A DNA stretch of 64,000 nt from an uncultured Acidobacteriota bacterium (GTDB lineage Bacteria; Acidobacteriota; Blastocatellia; RBC074). Both the position numbers and the translations under genes were made by a program. Numbering within the stretch: the stretch's first letter is position 1; each line of letters opens with the position of its first letter. Positions 20,613 to 31,245 of the stretch are shown piece by piece. The DNA lies in contig CAWCKY010000006.1 in the NCBI GenBank assembly GCA_963796275.1, forward strand, positions 1,056,001 through 1,120,000. Reading direction: 5' to 3'. The notes beneath the pieces are model-generated. The model worked only from the letters and a program-made list of their open reading frames with translations. It did not search any database and was not told where the DNA came from.

Positions 20613-22514
20613 ATGTGTGGCATTACCGGAATTTTACGAATTAACTCCGATGCCAATGGGTTTGATTTTAAGCTCATTGACCGGATGACCGATTCCTTGG
20701 CTCATCGAGGCCCCAATGACCGTGGTGTCTGGAACGATGACATGATCAGTCTGGGCAGCCGGCGGCTCTCTGTCATAGACCTGTCGGCCGCCGGCCATAT
20801 GCCGATGAGCAATGAGGACGGCAAAATCCAGATCGCCTACAACGGCGAACTATACAATTTCCGTGAGCTCAAGGAACGATTTCAGCTGGTCGAACGCGGA
20901 CATATATTTCGTTCGCGCACTGACACGGAAGTTCTCGTTCATCTTTACGAAGAGCTGGGAATCGAGATGGTGAAATACCTCAATGGTATGTACGGCATCG
21001 CCATCTGGGATAGCCGCAGTCAGATGCTCTATCTGATACGGGATCACGCAGGAATCAAGCCCCTGTTCTACCAGCGCGATGATCATTACTTCCGCTTCGG
21101 TTCGGAGATCAAAGCAATTCTGGCCGACAGCCGCGTCCCGCGCAGGCCGTCGCTTCAGGCATTGCACGATTTTCTCTCCTTCGATTATGTGCCCGGGCCG
21201 CAAACCGCTTTTGAAGGTATACATGAGCTGCCGCCGGGCCATTGGATGAGCGTCGATCAGGACGGGCAAATCGATATTCAGCGATTCTGGGATGTGTCGT
21301 GGGAACCGGATGAGACGCTCAGTGAAAAAACAGCCAGCCGGCGCGCGCTCGAGCTCATGGATCGCGCGGTGAAAATGCAGCTGGTGGCCGATGTCCCGGT
21401 CGGCGTTATGTTATCTGGCGGTCTGGATTCAAGCACTCTTGTTGCGCTTATGCACCGGCACGTCTCGGAACCGATCCATACATATTCGGTCGGATTCGAG
21501 GACAAGAGTTTCAACGAGCTGCCTTACGCTCGTATCGTGGCCAGGAAATTTCAGACGGTTCAACGCGAGGTTGTGGTCACGCCGGATACCGTTCGCGAGC
21601 TATTACCCGTTTACCTGAGCTATATCGATGAGCCTTACGCCGACGGATCGGCCATCCCTACCTTTTGCGTCTGTCAGATAGCAAAGGATGAGGTGGTTGT
21701 GGTGCTATCGGGTGAGGGTGGCGATGAAATCTTCGCGGGATATGATACCTATTCCGCATTCAAGGCGTCGGAACTGTTCAAGTACGTCCCGCGATGGATT
21801 CGTCGATCTCTGATCGCTCCATTTGTCAACAGTCTGCCGGTCTCCGACAAAAAGCTCAGCCTCGAATTTAAGATGAAACGGTTTATAGGCGGACAGGAAT
21901 TGCCTCCCGCGCTGGCTCATTTATGGTGGCGCATTGTTTTAACCGAAAGTAAAAAACTGGAAATGTTTACTACTGAGTCGTTGGAGCAATTCGTTCCATC
22001 GTCATCCGATCGCTTCTTCATCGAGGAATTCAAGCGTGTGAAAGCCTTCGACGATCTTTCGCGAATAATGCAGATCGATTCATCGATATTCCTTCCCGAT
22101 GATCTTATGATCAAGAACGACCGGATGAGTATGGCGCATTCGCTGGAGGCGCGGGTCCCGATGACGGATACGGAATTGATCAGGTTTATGGCCAGAGTGC
22201 CGGCGAGGATCAAACTGCCGGGTTTGCGCAAAAAGAATGTTATGCGAGGCGCGATGGCGGATCTTTTGCCGCCTGAAATTTTGAACAAGAAAAAGGTCGG
22301 GTTGGAAATGCCGTATTCGAGGTGGTTCAAAAATGAATTGAGAGACTTGATCGAGCATCATCTCGGGCCGAAAAAAATCTCCGAAAGGAGATTGCTGAAA
22401 CCCGAATCAGTGAAGGCGCTGGTTGATGAGCATATGTCAGGGCGGCGCGATAACGGGCGCGCATTATGGGGATTGCTCAATTATATGGTGTGGCTCGATC
22501 TTTATATCCCGTAA
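20613..22514 (+). CDS. asnB: Second asparagine synthase-like amidotransferase
   Basis: MCGITG, HRGPND, RRLSVID, YNGELYNF, LSGGLDSS, SGEGGDE and DRMSMAHSLEARVP. Confidence 0.92.
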   Translation: MCGITGILRINSDANGFDFKLIDRMTDSLAHRGPNDRGVWNDDMISLGSRRLSVIDLSAAGHMPMSNEDGKIQIAYNGELYNFRELKERFQLVERGHIFRSRTDTEVLVHLYEELGIEMVKYLNGMYGIAIWDSRSQMLYLIRDHAGIKPLFYQRDDHYFRFGSEIKAILADSRVPRRPSLQALHDFLSFDYVPGPQTAFEGIHELPPGHWMSVDQDGQIDIQRFWDVSWEPDETLSEKTASRRALELMDRAVKMQLVADVPVGVMLSGGLDSSTLVALMHRHVSEPIHTYSVGFEDKSFNELPYARIVARKFQTVQREVVVTPDTVRELLPVYLSYIDEPYADGSAIPTFCVCQIAKDEVVVVLSGEGGDEIFAGYDTYSAFKASELFKYVPRWIRRSLIAPFVNSLPVSDKKLSLEFKMKRFIGGQELPPALAHLWWRIVLTESKKLEMFTTESLEQFVPSSSDRFFIEEFKRVKAFDDLSRIMQIDSSIFLPDDLMIKNDRMSMAHSLEARVPMTDTELIRFMARVPARIKLPGLRKKNVMRGAMADLLPPEILNKKKVGLEMPYSRWFKNELRDLIEHHLGPKKISERRLLKPESVKALVDEHMSGRRDNGRALWGLLNYMVWLDLYIP

Positions 22515-22585
22515 ATAGTGTTTTTATAAGTTTCTGTCCCTTTCGGGACTTCGGGGTGAACAAACAATTTTTTTGAGATTCAACG

Positions 22586-24013
22586 ATGTCGAAACCCCAT
22601 GTCATTATTCTTGGCGCAGGACCAGCCGGTCTGGGAGCGGCGTATCAGTTAACGCGGCGTAAACTGGCTCAAGTTACTGTGATTGAGCGGAACAGTGTGG
22701 TCGGGGGAAACGCCGGCAGTTTTGTGTTAGACGGATTGCGCGTCGATTATGGCAGCCACCGCCTGCATCCCGCCTGTAATCCGGATGTTTTGCGCGATAT
22801 TCGCGAGATGCTTAATGGCGACCTCTTGGATATGCCGCGCCACGGCAGGATCAGGTTGCGCGGCCATTGGATTCATTTTCCCCTGAAACCTCTGGATCTC
22901 GCCCTCAAGCTCCCACCCGGTTTTGCGCTGGGCGTGGCCGGCGATTTCTTCGGGAAATTTTTGCCGCTGAATTCCAACGGCAACGGCCCGGATACCTTCT
23001 CTTCGATTCTCGAGAAAGGCCTGGGACGAACTATCTGCAGAGATTTCTACTATCCTTACGCGCGCAAGTTATGGGGATTGGAGCCTGAAGAATTATCAGC
23101 GACGCAGGCGCGCCGCAGGGTTTCGGCCGGTTCGCTTACCAAGATGGCGAGGAAAGTGCTGTCAGCTGTGCCGGGATTCAAACCGCCGGGGAGCGGCCGG
23201 TTCTTTTACCCGCGCTTCGGATATGGCCAGATTTGCGAAGCATATTACGAGGCTGCCAAAAATTTGGGGGCGACATTTCTCCTCAAGACGAACCTCTTGT
23301 CGGTGGACATCCGAGATGACGGGCGTTCGGTTGTCGGTTATGAGCATAATGACGAGACCCATACATTGAATGGAGAATATGTATGGTCTACTATTCCGGT
23401 TACCTCGCTCGCAAGTCAGATAACGCCTGCACCGCCTCTCGATTATATTCAATCGGCGAAGGCGATCGACTATCGTGCAATGATACTCATCTACCTGGTG
23501 CTTGAGCAGGATCAGTTCACAGAGTACGATGCACATTACTTTCCAGAAAAGCAGATCAGGATATCGCGGCTATCGGAGCCCAAAAATTACAGTGCGAGCA
23601 CGGAACCGAGTAATCGGACCGTCCTCTGTGCTGAACTGCCCTGCAGTCCGAATGATCCGGAATGGAATATGAGCGATCACGCCCTGGGAGACTTGATGCG
23701 CAATGCCCTGGCATCGGCGGGTTTGCCGGTGCGCGCTCGAGTCTTGCGCGTAACATCGCGACGCTTGCGCCAGGCATATCCGATCTACCGGCAGGGGTAC
23801 GAGCACCACTTCAACCGGCTCGATCAATGGCTGAGCCGGATAAACGGACTGCTTACTTTCGGAAGGCAGGGTCTGTTTGCACACGATAACACTCACCATG
23901 CCCTGTTTATGGCGTATGCCGCGGTCGATTGCCTCGGAGCAGAAGGCCGGTTTGATTACGACCGTTGGCGCGATTTCCGGCGCATCTTCGAGACTCATGT
24001 CGTGGAGGATTGA
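22586..24013 (+). CDS. FAD-dependent oxidoreductase (HemY/UDP-galactopyranose-mutase-like)
   Basis: GAGPAG dinucleotide motif, DYGSHRLH, FFYPRFGYGQ, AYPIY and GRQGLF. Confidence 0.8.
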   Translation: MSKPHVIILGAGPAGLGAAYQLTRRKLAQVTVIERNSVVGGNAGSFVLDGLRVDYGSHRLHPACNPDVLRDIREMLNGDLLDMPRHGRIRLRGHWIHFPLKPLDLALKLPPGFALGVAGDFFGKFLPLNSNGNGPDTFSSILEKGLGRTICRDFYYPYARKLWGLEPEELSATQARRRVSAGSLTKMARKVLSAVPGFKPPGSGRFFYPRFGYGQICEAYYEAAKNLGATFLLKTNLLSVDIRDDGRSVVGYEHNDETHTLNGEYVWSTIPVTSLASQITPAPPLDYIQSAKAIDYRAMILIYLVLEQDQFTEYDAHYFPEKQIRISRLSEPKNYSASTEPSNRTVLCAELPCSPNDPEWNMSDHALGDLMRNALASAGLPVRARVLRVTSRRLRQAYPIYRQGYEHHFNRLDQWLSRINGLLTFGRQGLFAHDNTHHALFMAYAAVDCLGAEGRFDYDRWRDFRRIFETHVVED

Positions 24014-24016
24014 GTT

Positions 24017-25105
24017 ATAAGACCTATCAGACCGTTCGAGAAAGAGGATATCCCCCAAGTGGCCGAAATGTTCCGGCGCCTCTTGTTGGGAGATGAGCCT
24101 TCGCGGCGTCGCCTGTCCACATCGGCACTTCAAGATTATTTTGAAAAAGTATTTTTTCTTAATCCCTGGTATGACGAATCACTTCCTTCGCTGATCTATC
24201 GAAATGGCGATGGGAAGATTATCGGATTCCTCGGTGTCGTGCCGCGCCGTATGTTCTTTCGAGACATTCCGATTAATGTCGCGATAAGCTTTCATTTCAT
24301 GGTCGAACCGGAGAGCCGCTCGACGCTTGCCGGCGTACATCTGCTGAGGACATTCTTTTCCGGGCCCCAGGACCTCTCGCTAACGGACGGCGCAGGCGAT
24401 GCCGGACGAAAGGTTTGGGAGATGGTTGGAGGGGTGTCGGTGCCGCTATATTGCCAGCGCTGGACGCGGATTTTAAGGCCGAGCAGGCAGGTTCTCGCCC
24501 TGCTCAGCAGAAACAAACTGATATCTTCGGTCTCCGGTCTGATGTCTCCTTTTTGCGATGTTACCGATTCGACCTTAGCTCATCTTATGCCGCGTTATTT
24601 CCCTGCAACTGAAAATTCTGAAGAGGAGCTGAATGTAAAAACGTTTATTGATGAGATGCCGCAGATAACCAAGGGGCTGGCGTTACGGCCGGATTACGAG
24701 ATCGATACGGCGCGGTGGGTATTCGACGGTGCGGCGCAAATGAAATATTACGGCGATCTCCATAAACTGTTGGTGCGGAATACCAAGGGCGAGGTAATCG
24801 GTTGGTTCATATACTATCTCAATCGTGGCAGCACGGGCGCAGTCGTTCAGGTAGCAGCACGGAAGGGGGCGATCGACGAAATTCTGGATCACCTGTTCAG
24901 CCATGCCCGGAGGAAAGGTGCAGTCTCACTCTCAGGCCGTGTCGAACCGAGATTCATGCGGGAGTTATCGGAGAAGCATTGTTTTTTCAGATCTGTCGGA
25001 GCTATGTTTCTGGTTCATTCGAGAAATGACGATCTATTGCACGCGATCCAGCGCGGAGACGCCTTTATAAGTCATCTGGAAGGCGAGTGGACATTATTGT
25101 TTTAA
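24017..25105 (+). CDS. GNAT-fold acyltransferase (tandem GNAT)
   Basis: N-terminal IRPFEKEDIPQVAEMF lies upstream of the track's GTG (24059). Also IIGFLG and FMVEPESR. Start codon uncertain (see findings). Confidence 0.7.
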   Translation: MRPIRPFEKEDIPQVAEMFRRLLLGDEPSRRRLSTSALQDYFEKVFFLNPWYDESLPSLIYRNGDGKIIGFLGVVPRRMFFRDIPINVAISFHFMVEPESRSTLAGVHLLRTFFSGPQDLSLTDGAGDAGRKVWEMVGGVSVPLYCQRWTRILRPSRQVLALLSRNKLISSVSGLMSPFCDVTDSTLAHLMPRYFPATENSEEELNVKTFIDEMPQITKGLALRPDYEIDTARWVFDGAAQMKYYGDLHKLLVRNTKGEVIGWFIYYLNRGSTGAVVQVAARKGAIDEILDHLFSHARRKGAVSLSGRVEPRFMRELSEKHCFFRSVGAMFLVHSRNDDLLHAIQRGDAFISHLEGEWTLLF

Positions 25106-25136
25106 CCAAGACAATACCTGCTTTGATTCGCTGAGC

Positions 25137-26204
25137 TCACGAGGAAAAGTCCCAGAGATTTTTGGGAGGCGGTGCATATTTGTGCCGCCTCGGCAGTGAA
25201 GCCGAGACGCCTGTCAGCCAGCCTTCAAACACGATCGGTTCCTGAAGCGCTGTATCGACAAATCGCGGTAGCAGCCGGCGATCGGTCTCCTGCGAAACAA
25301 GGCCCGGATCACATGTCGTAGCCGAGGTTATGCCCATTTCATCGAGCCAGGGAAAGAAAGTACGATCATATATGCCGCTGGGATAACATAAGTGTGTAGC
25401 ATGATTCCCGGTCATTGATTGGATGCTGGTCCGGTTATCCTCGATCTCCAGACGGAACGATTGGTACTCCATCGGGGTGCGGTGACGGTGAGTGTGGAGC
25501 TGGACGTCAACCCCATCATCCGCCAGCCGGCGTACTTCCTGAGGATTTAAGAGGTGTAATATTCTTTTGGCGAGCAGCGATTCGTAATCAACGGAGAGAT
25601 GTTTCGCCAGATTTGCCGCCAATATATCTTTCTCTTTCGCGGTCAGTTTCGCGCGCCTCGAGAATTGGAATATCTCATCGGTGGCTCTGTCGCACGCGCC
25701 GTCAAGCGATAGATCGAACTTCATATCCTGTCCGGTTATATCTTTCATATCTAACTTTCTGCCTCTGCCCTTCCAGATCAAGTAAGGACATACCGCATCA
25801 AAGACAGGCCTGTTGAAATAGGAGTAATAAGTTGTCAGGTACAGAGTAACAGGATAATTGAACTCTTTAATAATCGGGTATGCCAGTTTATAGAAGTCAT
25901 ACATGCCGTCATCAAAGGTCAAAGCTAAACATCGCTCAGGCAGGTCGTTGGCATATAAGCGCTGCAGCGATTCGTTTAACGGCAGAACGGTATAACCCAG
26001 CTTTTTGATTATTTGCATTCTTGAACGGAAGCTATCCTGTGGCATAAACAGCTCAGGGTTCCAGTTATGCTCATCCTCCTGGGAAATTCCATGGTAAGCG
26101 AGAATTAGCAGCCGCTTCCGGCGCCACCTGCTGTTCTGGACTAGGCTGAATACGCCTACTGTCTTGAGGGTACTAAGCGCTGCTAGTTTCATCTTTTTGA
26201 GCAT
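25137..26204 (-). CDS. Polysaccharide deacetylase (CE4/NodB)
   Basis: ILAYHGI, LTFDDG, QLHTHRH and CYPSG. Confidence 0.9.
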   Translation of the reverse strand: MLKKMKLAALSTLKTVGVFSLVQNSRWRRKRLLILAYHGISQEDEHNWNPELFMPQDSFRSRMQIIKKLGYTVLPLNESLQRLYANDLPERCLALTFDDGMYDFYKLAYPIIKEFNYPVTLYLTTYYSYFNRPVFDAVCPYLIWKGRGRKLDMKDITGQDMKFDLSLDGACDRATDEIFQFSRRAKLTAKEKDILAANLAKHLSVDYESLLAKRILHLLNPQEVRRLADDGVDVQLHTHRHRTPMEYQSFRLEIEDNRTSIQSMTGNHATHLCYPSGIYDRTFFPWLDEMGITSATTCDPGLVSQETDRRLLPRFVDTALQEPIVFEGWLTGVSASLPRRHKYAPPPKNLWDFSS

Positions 26205-26240
26205 GGATGTATCTTACCATGGGTATCGATGAGAATTTAG

Positions 26241-26275
26241 GAAAACTGAAAACTGAAAACTGAAAACTGAAAACT
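26241..26275 (+). repeat. Simple sequence repeat (GAAAACT)x5
   Basis: Five perfect 7-mers in the divergent intergenic region. Confidence 0.95.
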
Positions 26276-26293
26276 ATTTTCGAGGATAATCAA

Positions 26294-26761
26294 ATGAGTT
26301 ATTGGCTGATGAAATCAGAGCCCGAAACATTTTCGATCGATGATCTGGCCAAGTGTCCCAAGCAGACCACGAGTTGGGATGGGGTGAGAAACTACCAGGC
26401 CAGGAATTTCATGAGGGAGATGGAGGTCGGGGATCAAGTATTTTTCTATCACAGCAGTACCGACCCGACAGCCATCGTCGGTGTCGCCGAGGTCGTAAAA
26501 AAAGCCTATCCCGATCCCACGGCCTTCGATCCGAAAGATAAACACTACGATCCGAAGAGCAAGCCGGCCAGTCCGATCTGGGAGATGGTTGATATCAAGT
26601 TCGTGAAGAAATTCGATCATGTCTTAACACTCCAGGAATTGCGGGATTTGCCCGGGCTGGAGAAAATGGAGTTGTTGCGAAAGGGATCGCGTTTGTCGGT
26701 CCAACCAGTGCGACCGGAAGAATGGAAGATCGTGATCAAGGCGGCACAGAGCGAAAAGTAA
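26294..26761 (+). CDS. EVE domain-containing protein
   Basis: YWLMKSEP, WDGVRNYQARN, FFYHS and RLSVQPV. Confidence 0.95.
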   Translation: MSYWLMKSEPETFSIDDLAKCPKQTTSWDGVRNYQARNFMREMEVGDQVFFYHSSTDPTAIVGVAEVVKKAYPDPTAFDPKDKHYDPKSKPASPIWEMVDIKFVKKFDHVLTLQELRDLPGLEKMELLRKGSRLSVQPVRPEEWKIVIKAAQSEK

Positions 26762-27423
26762 TGAAAGAGACCCAAAAAGAATTGCAGGAGCGCGCGAGGA
26801 AGATCGTCAAGGGACTCGAGCGACAGTATCCGGAGGCGAAGTGTGCGCTTATTCATTCCAACCCGCTTGAATTGCTTATCGCAACGATTCTCTCCGCACA
26901 ATGCACTGACGAACGCGTCAATATTGTGACGGCCACCCTCTTCCGCAAGTATCGCGGTTGCCGGGACTTCGTTGCGGCCCCGCAGGCTGAACTGGAGAGG
27001 GATATAAATTCCGTCACATTCTTCCGTAACAAGACGAAGTCGATAAAGAAGACTTGCGAAATACTGGTTGAAAAGCACGGCGGGCGAGTGCCGCAGACGA
27101 TGGAGGAGCTGGTCGAGCTATCTGGCGTGGGGCGCAAAACTGCGAATGTGGTGCTGGGCACGGCCTTCGGTATCCCGACGGGAGTCGTGGTCGACACTCA
27201 CGTGACCCGCGTCTCACAGAGGCTCGGACTGACGCATAATAAAGTTCCGGAGAAAATCGAAGCCGACCTCATGGAGCTCATTCCGAAGAAAGAATGGATA
27301 GATTTCTCGCATCGAATGATCCTGCACGGCAGACGGGTATGCAAAGCCCGTAAACCCGCGTGTGGGGATTGCGCCGTGGAGAAGCTATGTCCTTCATCGA
27401 CATTGAAAGTTCGATTAGGTTGA
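26761..27423 (+). CDS. nth: Endonuclease III
   Basis: LLIATILSAQCTD, HhH L.GVGRKTANVVL, VDTHV and the 4Fe-4S motif CKARKPACGDCAVEKLC. ATG at 26761 overlaps the EVE stop. Confidence 0.96.
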   Translation: MKETQKELQERARKIVKGLERQYPEAKCALIHSNPLELLIATILSAQCTDERVNIVTATLFRKYRGCRDFVAAPQAELERDINSVTFFRNKTKSIKKTCEILVEKHGGRVPQTMEELVELSGVGRKTANVVLGTAFGIPTGVVVDTHVTRVSQRLGLTHNKVPEKIEADLMELIPKKEWIDFSHRMILHGRRVCKARKPACGDCAVEKLCPSSTLKVRLG

Positions 27424-27443
27424 TCACACCCGTTTGCAGTTCC

Positions 27444-28304
27444 GTTTGGAGTTCCGCCTTCAGGCGGTCTGGAATTATGCGAAAAGAAAAGCCCGCGTAA
27501 ACGCGGAACTCCAAACGCGATAGTTCGGACTTCCGCCTTCAGGCGGTCTGGAATTATGCGAAAAGAAAAAGCCCGCGTAAACGCGGAACTCCAAACGCGA
27601 TAGTTCGGACTTCCGCCTTCAGGCGGTCTGGAATTATGCGAAAAGAAAAGCCCGCGTAAACGCGGAACTCCAAACGCGATAGTTCGGACTTCCGCCTTCA
27701 GGCGGTCTGGAATTATGCGAAAAGAAAAAGCCCGCGTAAACGCGGAACTCCAAACGCGATAGTTTGGAGTTCCGCCTTCAGGCGGTCTGGAATTATGCGA
27801 AAAGAAAAGCCCGCGTAAACGCGGAACTCCAAACGCGATAGTTCGGACTTCCGCCTTCAGGCGGTCTGGAATTATGCGAAAAGAAAAGCCCGCGTAAACG
27901 CGGAACTCCAAACGCGATAGTTCGGACTTCCGCCTTCAGGCGGTCTGGAATTATGCGAAAAGAAAAGCCCGCGTAAACGCGGAACTCCAAACGCGATAGT
28001 TCGGACTTCCGCCTTCAGGCGGTCTGGAATTATGCGAAAAGAAAAGCCCGCGTAAACGCGGAACTCCAAACGCGATAGTTCGGACTTCCGCCTTCAGGCG
28101 GTCTGGAATTATGCGAAAAGAAAAGCCCGCGTAAACGCGGAACTCCAAGCGATAGTTCGGACTTCCGCCTTCAGCCGGTCTGGAATTATGCGAAAAGAAA
28201 AGCCCGCGTAAACGCGGAACTCCAAGCGATAGTTCGGACTTCCGCCTTCAGCCGGTCTGGAATTATGCGAAAAGAAAAGCCCGCGTAAACGCGGAACTCC
28301 AAAC
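27444..28304. repeat. Tandem array of 11 x 77-80 bp units, each an inverted REP doublet (BIME-like)
   Basis: Unit starts at 27444, 27523, 27603, 27682, 27762, 27841, 27920, 27999, 28078, 28155 and 28232. Hairpins CCGCCTTCAGGCGG and CCGCGTAAACGCGG in each unit (CCGCCTTCAGCCGG in units 10-11). Confidence 0.95.
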
Positions 28305-28325
28305 ATTTAGAAAAACACTCCTCGG

Positions 28326-31063
28326 CTAACTGTGAGGGATACCGTGCGAGGAAAGACCCGGTCCGCTATTCAATTTTCCCGCGAGACTGGAGATCACGAG
28401 TAACAGTTCGGCTGGATCAACCGGCTTCGGGATGTGCATCTGATAGCCGGCGGCCAGCGCCAGCAAGCGGTCCCTACTCCGCGCCATCGCAGTTAAGGCG
28501 ATAGCTGGAATCCGCGCGGAAAGCTTGATACCGAGTTTTCGTTCGAGCGTCCGCACGCGCGCCATAACTGAGTATCCGTCTTCATCCGGCATGGCGATGT
28601 CACATACAAGTATCTCGGGCCAATCTCCAGCCGGCAGGGATGAGAGATACGCCAGCGCTTCACTCCCTGAAGAGACGGTGGTCACGACCGCTCCGGTTTT
28701 GCTCAGGAACTTCGTGAGCATCTCTCTCGCGTCTTGCTGGTCGTCCACTGCCAGCACGCGCATGCCCGCCAGCATTCCGTTGAGCAGCGGATTCGCGACA
28801 TCTGAATCAGTCTTCCCGGCGGCGGCAATGGCCGTTAGTGCCGGAGGTTCTTCTACAGTTGCCGCGCTGCGCCCCGCTCGCGGGAGCATTATGGTGAAGG
28901 TCGAGCCGCGACCCGCCCCCTCGCTGGCCACCATAACTTCGCCTCCGTGCAATTCGACCAGGTGCTTGACCAGCGACAGCCCCAGACCCAGCCCGCCATG
29001 CCGCCGCGATGCCGAGCTGTCCTCCTGGCGGAAACGGTCGAAGAGGTAAGGCACGAAATCCGGGTCAATGCCTTTTCCCGTATCGCTGACGATTATGTGG
29101 ACCTGCTCGATGCTTTGTTCGGTACGCAATTCGACGCTCCCACCTTCTTGCGTGAATTTGATCGCGTTCGAAAGCAGATTCCAGACCACCTGCCGCAACC
29201 TCGCGGCGTCGCACATGATCATTTCCTGTTTTATGTTCAGCTTCGTGCGAAGGGTGATGCCCTTGTTTTCAGCCATCGGACGTACAACGTCGAGCGCATC
29301 GGCGAGTACAGTGTGAATGTCTGTCAGCTCCATTTCCAACCGCAGCTTTCCGCTGGCGATGCGCGCGGAATCGAGCAGATCTTCGATCAATTGCAGCTGC
29401 AAACGGGCATTGCGTTCGATGACGTCGCAGCTCGTTTTCAACAGCACCAAATCTCCGGGCTTGGCGCGCAGCATACGGTTGTACCCAAGAATCGATGTGA
29501 GCGGCGAACGAAGTTCATGCGAGACGACAGCGAGGAAATCATCTTTCGAGCGGTTTGCGGTTTCCGCGTCGGCGCGTGCCGCCGATTCCTGCTCGTAGAC
29601 GGCGCGCAGGGCTGCTTCGGCCTGTTTACGTTCGAGGAAATCCGACGCCTGTCGCGCCAGCAAATCCATCATGCGCAACTCGTTTTCTTCCAGTTGATGC
29701 GGTTGGGCGAAATGCGTGGAAATCATGCCCAACAGTTTTCCATCGGCGCTCATCAGCAGGGTAGATTGCACGGCACGAACGCCAGCCTCGAGGAGCACGT
29801 CGAGGGCAGGTTGCCCGGCGAAAATTTCACTCTGCATCACATCTTCCATCACCACTCGCTCGCTGTTCTGAAAGGCCGAACCGCAAGCGGAAGATTCATC
29901 GCGCACGTTTGCGAAGAAGTCCAGAAAAGGTTTCTCAAAGCCGTGCTGAGCTGCGATCACAAGCGAATCTGATGCGGGATCGAACAGTTGAATATTACCC
30001 TTATGCGCTTGGGTGACGGAGATCGCCGCCTCGAGGATACTCTGCAGGCATTGATTGAAGTCATTCCCGGGACGCACGCAAAAATTACCAGCCTCGGTAG
30101 ATCTGAGTCATGGCTTGCAGGTCGGCGGCAATCCGAGCCTGGCTCCTATACAGGTCTGCTTCCGCCCGTTTGCGACTGGTAATATCGTGGGCGATGACCG
30201 AAACCGCGCTCGTCCTGCCCGCCGCGTCTTTGATGGGGGACCCCGTCAACCGCACGTCGACGTAAGTGCCGTCGCGCCGCCTCCGCACCGTTTCCAGATT
30301 GATTACGGGCTGGCCATGCTTGAGCGCCGAATTGAATAATTTCAGCGCCTCTTCAGTTTGGTCGGGCGGGACAATAGCCGTAATCGACTGCCCGAGAATT
30401 TCCTCCGCCGTCCAGCCGTAAAGTCTCTCCGCGCCTTTGTTCCAACTGTGAACCCGCAGATACTAAATCGTAAGAATAGATCGCATCAGCCGTCGATTCG
30501 ACTATGGCTACCAGCTGAGCGCGCGCAGCTTCATTCCGTTTGCGTTCGCTGATGTCGCGGACGACAGCCAACGTGCCGACTATTATGCCGTTCTCGTCGC
30601 GCATCTGATTGACGGTTGATTCGACGAGAAGCTCAGTGCCGTCGCGTGTGACGTGGATGTTTTCGCCACGCCATCCGCCGGTCGCTGCGAGGGCCGCCAG
30701 TGCCTTCGTCTCATCCTCCGGGCGGACCCAGCGGTATTCATATAGCTCATTCAGCGGACGTCCGAGCGCATCGGTGGCGGCCACGCCATACCTCTGTTCG
30801 GCCGCCAGGTTGAAGTAAGTCACGCGCATGTCGTTGTCCACTGCGATGACCGCGTCGTTGACCTGCGACAGTACTTTGCCGTGATAGCGGTTTGAGGATG
30901 ATGTGCCGGGCTTTTCGAACAAATAAACCTGTTCTCCCGCAATGATCGCGTCCACCTCGTCATCGCGGATCGCCCGCAGGTTTTCTTCCGTATCTTCCAA
31001 TCGTGCGCGCAATTCAGCGTTTTCCGCCAGGAGCGCCTGTTCCGTCTTGCTTATGGGGGTCAT
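28326..31063 (-). CDS. Hybrid sensor histidine kinase (coiled coil-PAS-PAS-GAF-HisKA-HATPase-REC), split by two +1 frameshifts
   Basis: Three ORF pieces join on removing one base near 30462 (restores LRVHSWNKGAERLYGWTAEEILGQ) and one near 30096. Motifs VSHELRSPL, NLLSNAIKFT, DTGKGI, GLGLGL and REC VDD...CDIAMP...PKP. Confidence 0.85.
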
Positions 31064-31245
31064 AATTTTCGTTCTCACAGAGTAGTTTGGGTCCGCCTTC
31101 GGTAGTCAGCCGTTTGTCGTCCTGACCTCCCGGTGGAACGAACCTCGATATTTCCTCCGGCTGAGCACTAAGCCGGGCAGGATGTGACCGGTCTGCGACA
31201 GATAGCCATTGATGTGCCGGGGGCAGCGGCAGCTGGCGTTTTTTA

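Noticed and set aside
27444-28304. CRISPR array
   Set aside because: Whole units are near-identical with no unique spacers, and there are no cas genes in the window
27198-28306. Minus-strand ORFs MEFRVYAGFSFRIIPDRL...
   Set aside because: Translations of the 79-bp DNA repeat (period not a multiple of 3); no independent coding evidence
31080-31245. Second kaiB between kaiB and the kinase
   Set aside because: No KaiB-like sequence recognised in this gap
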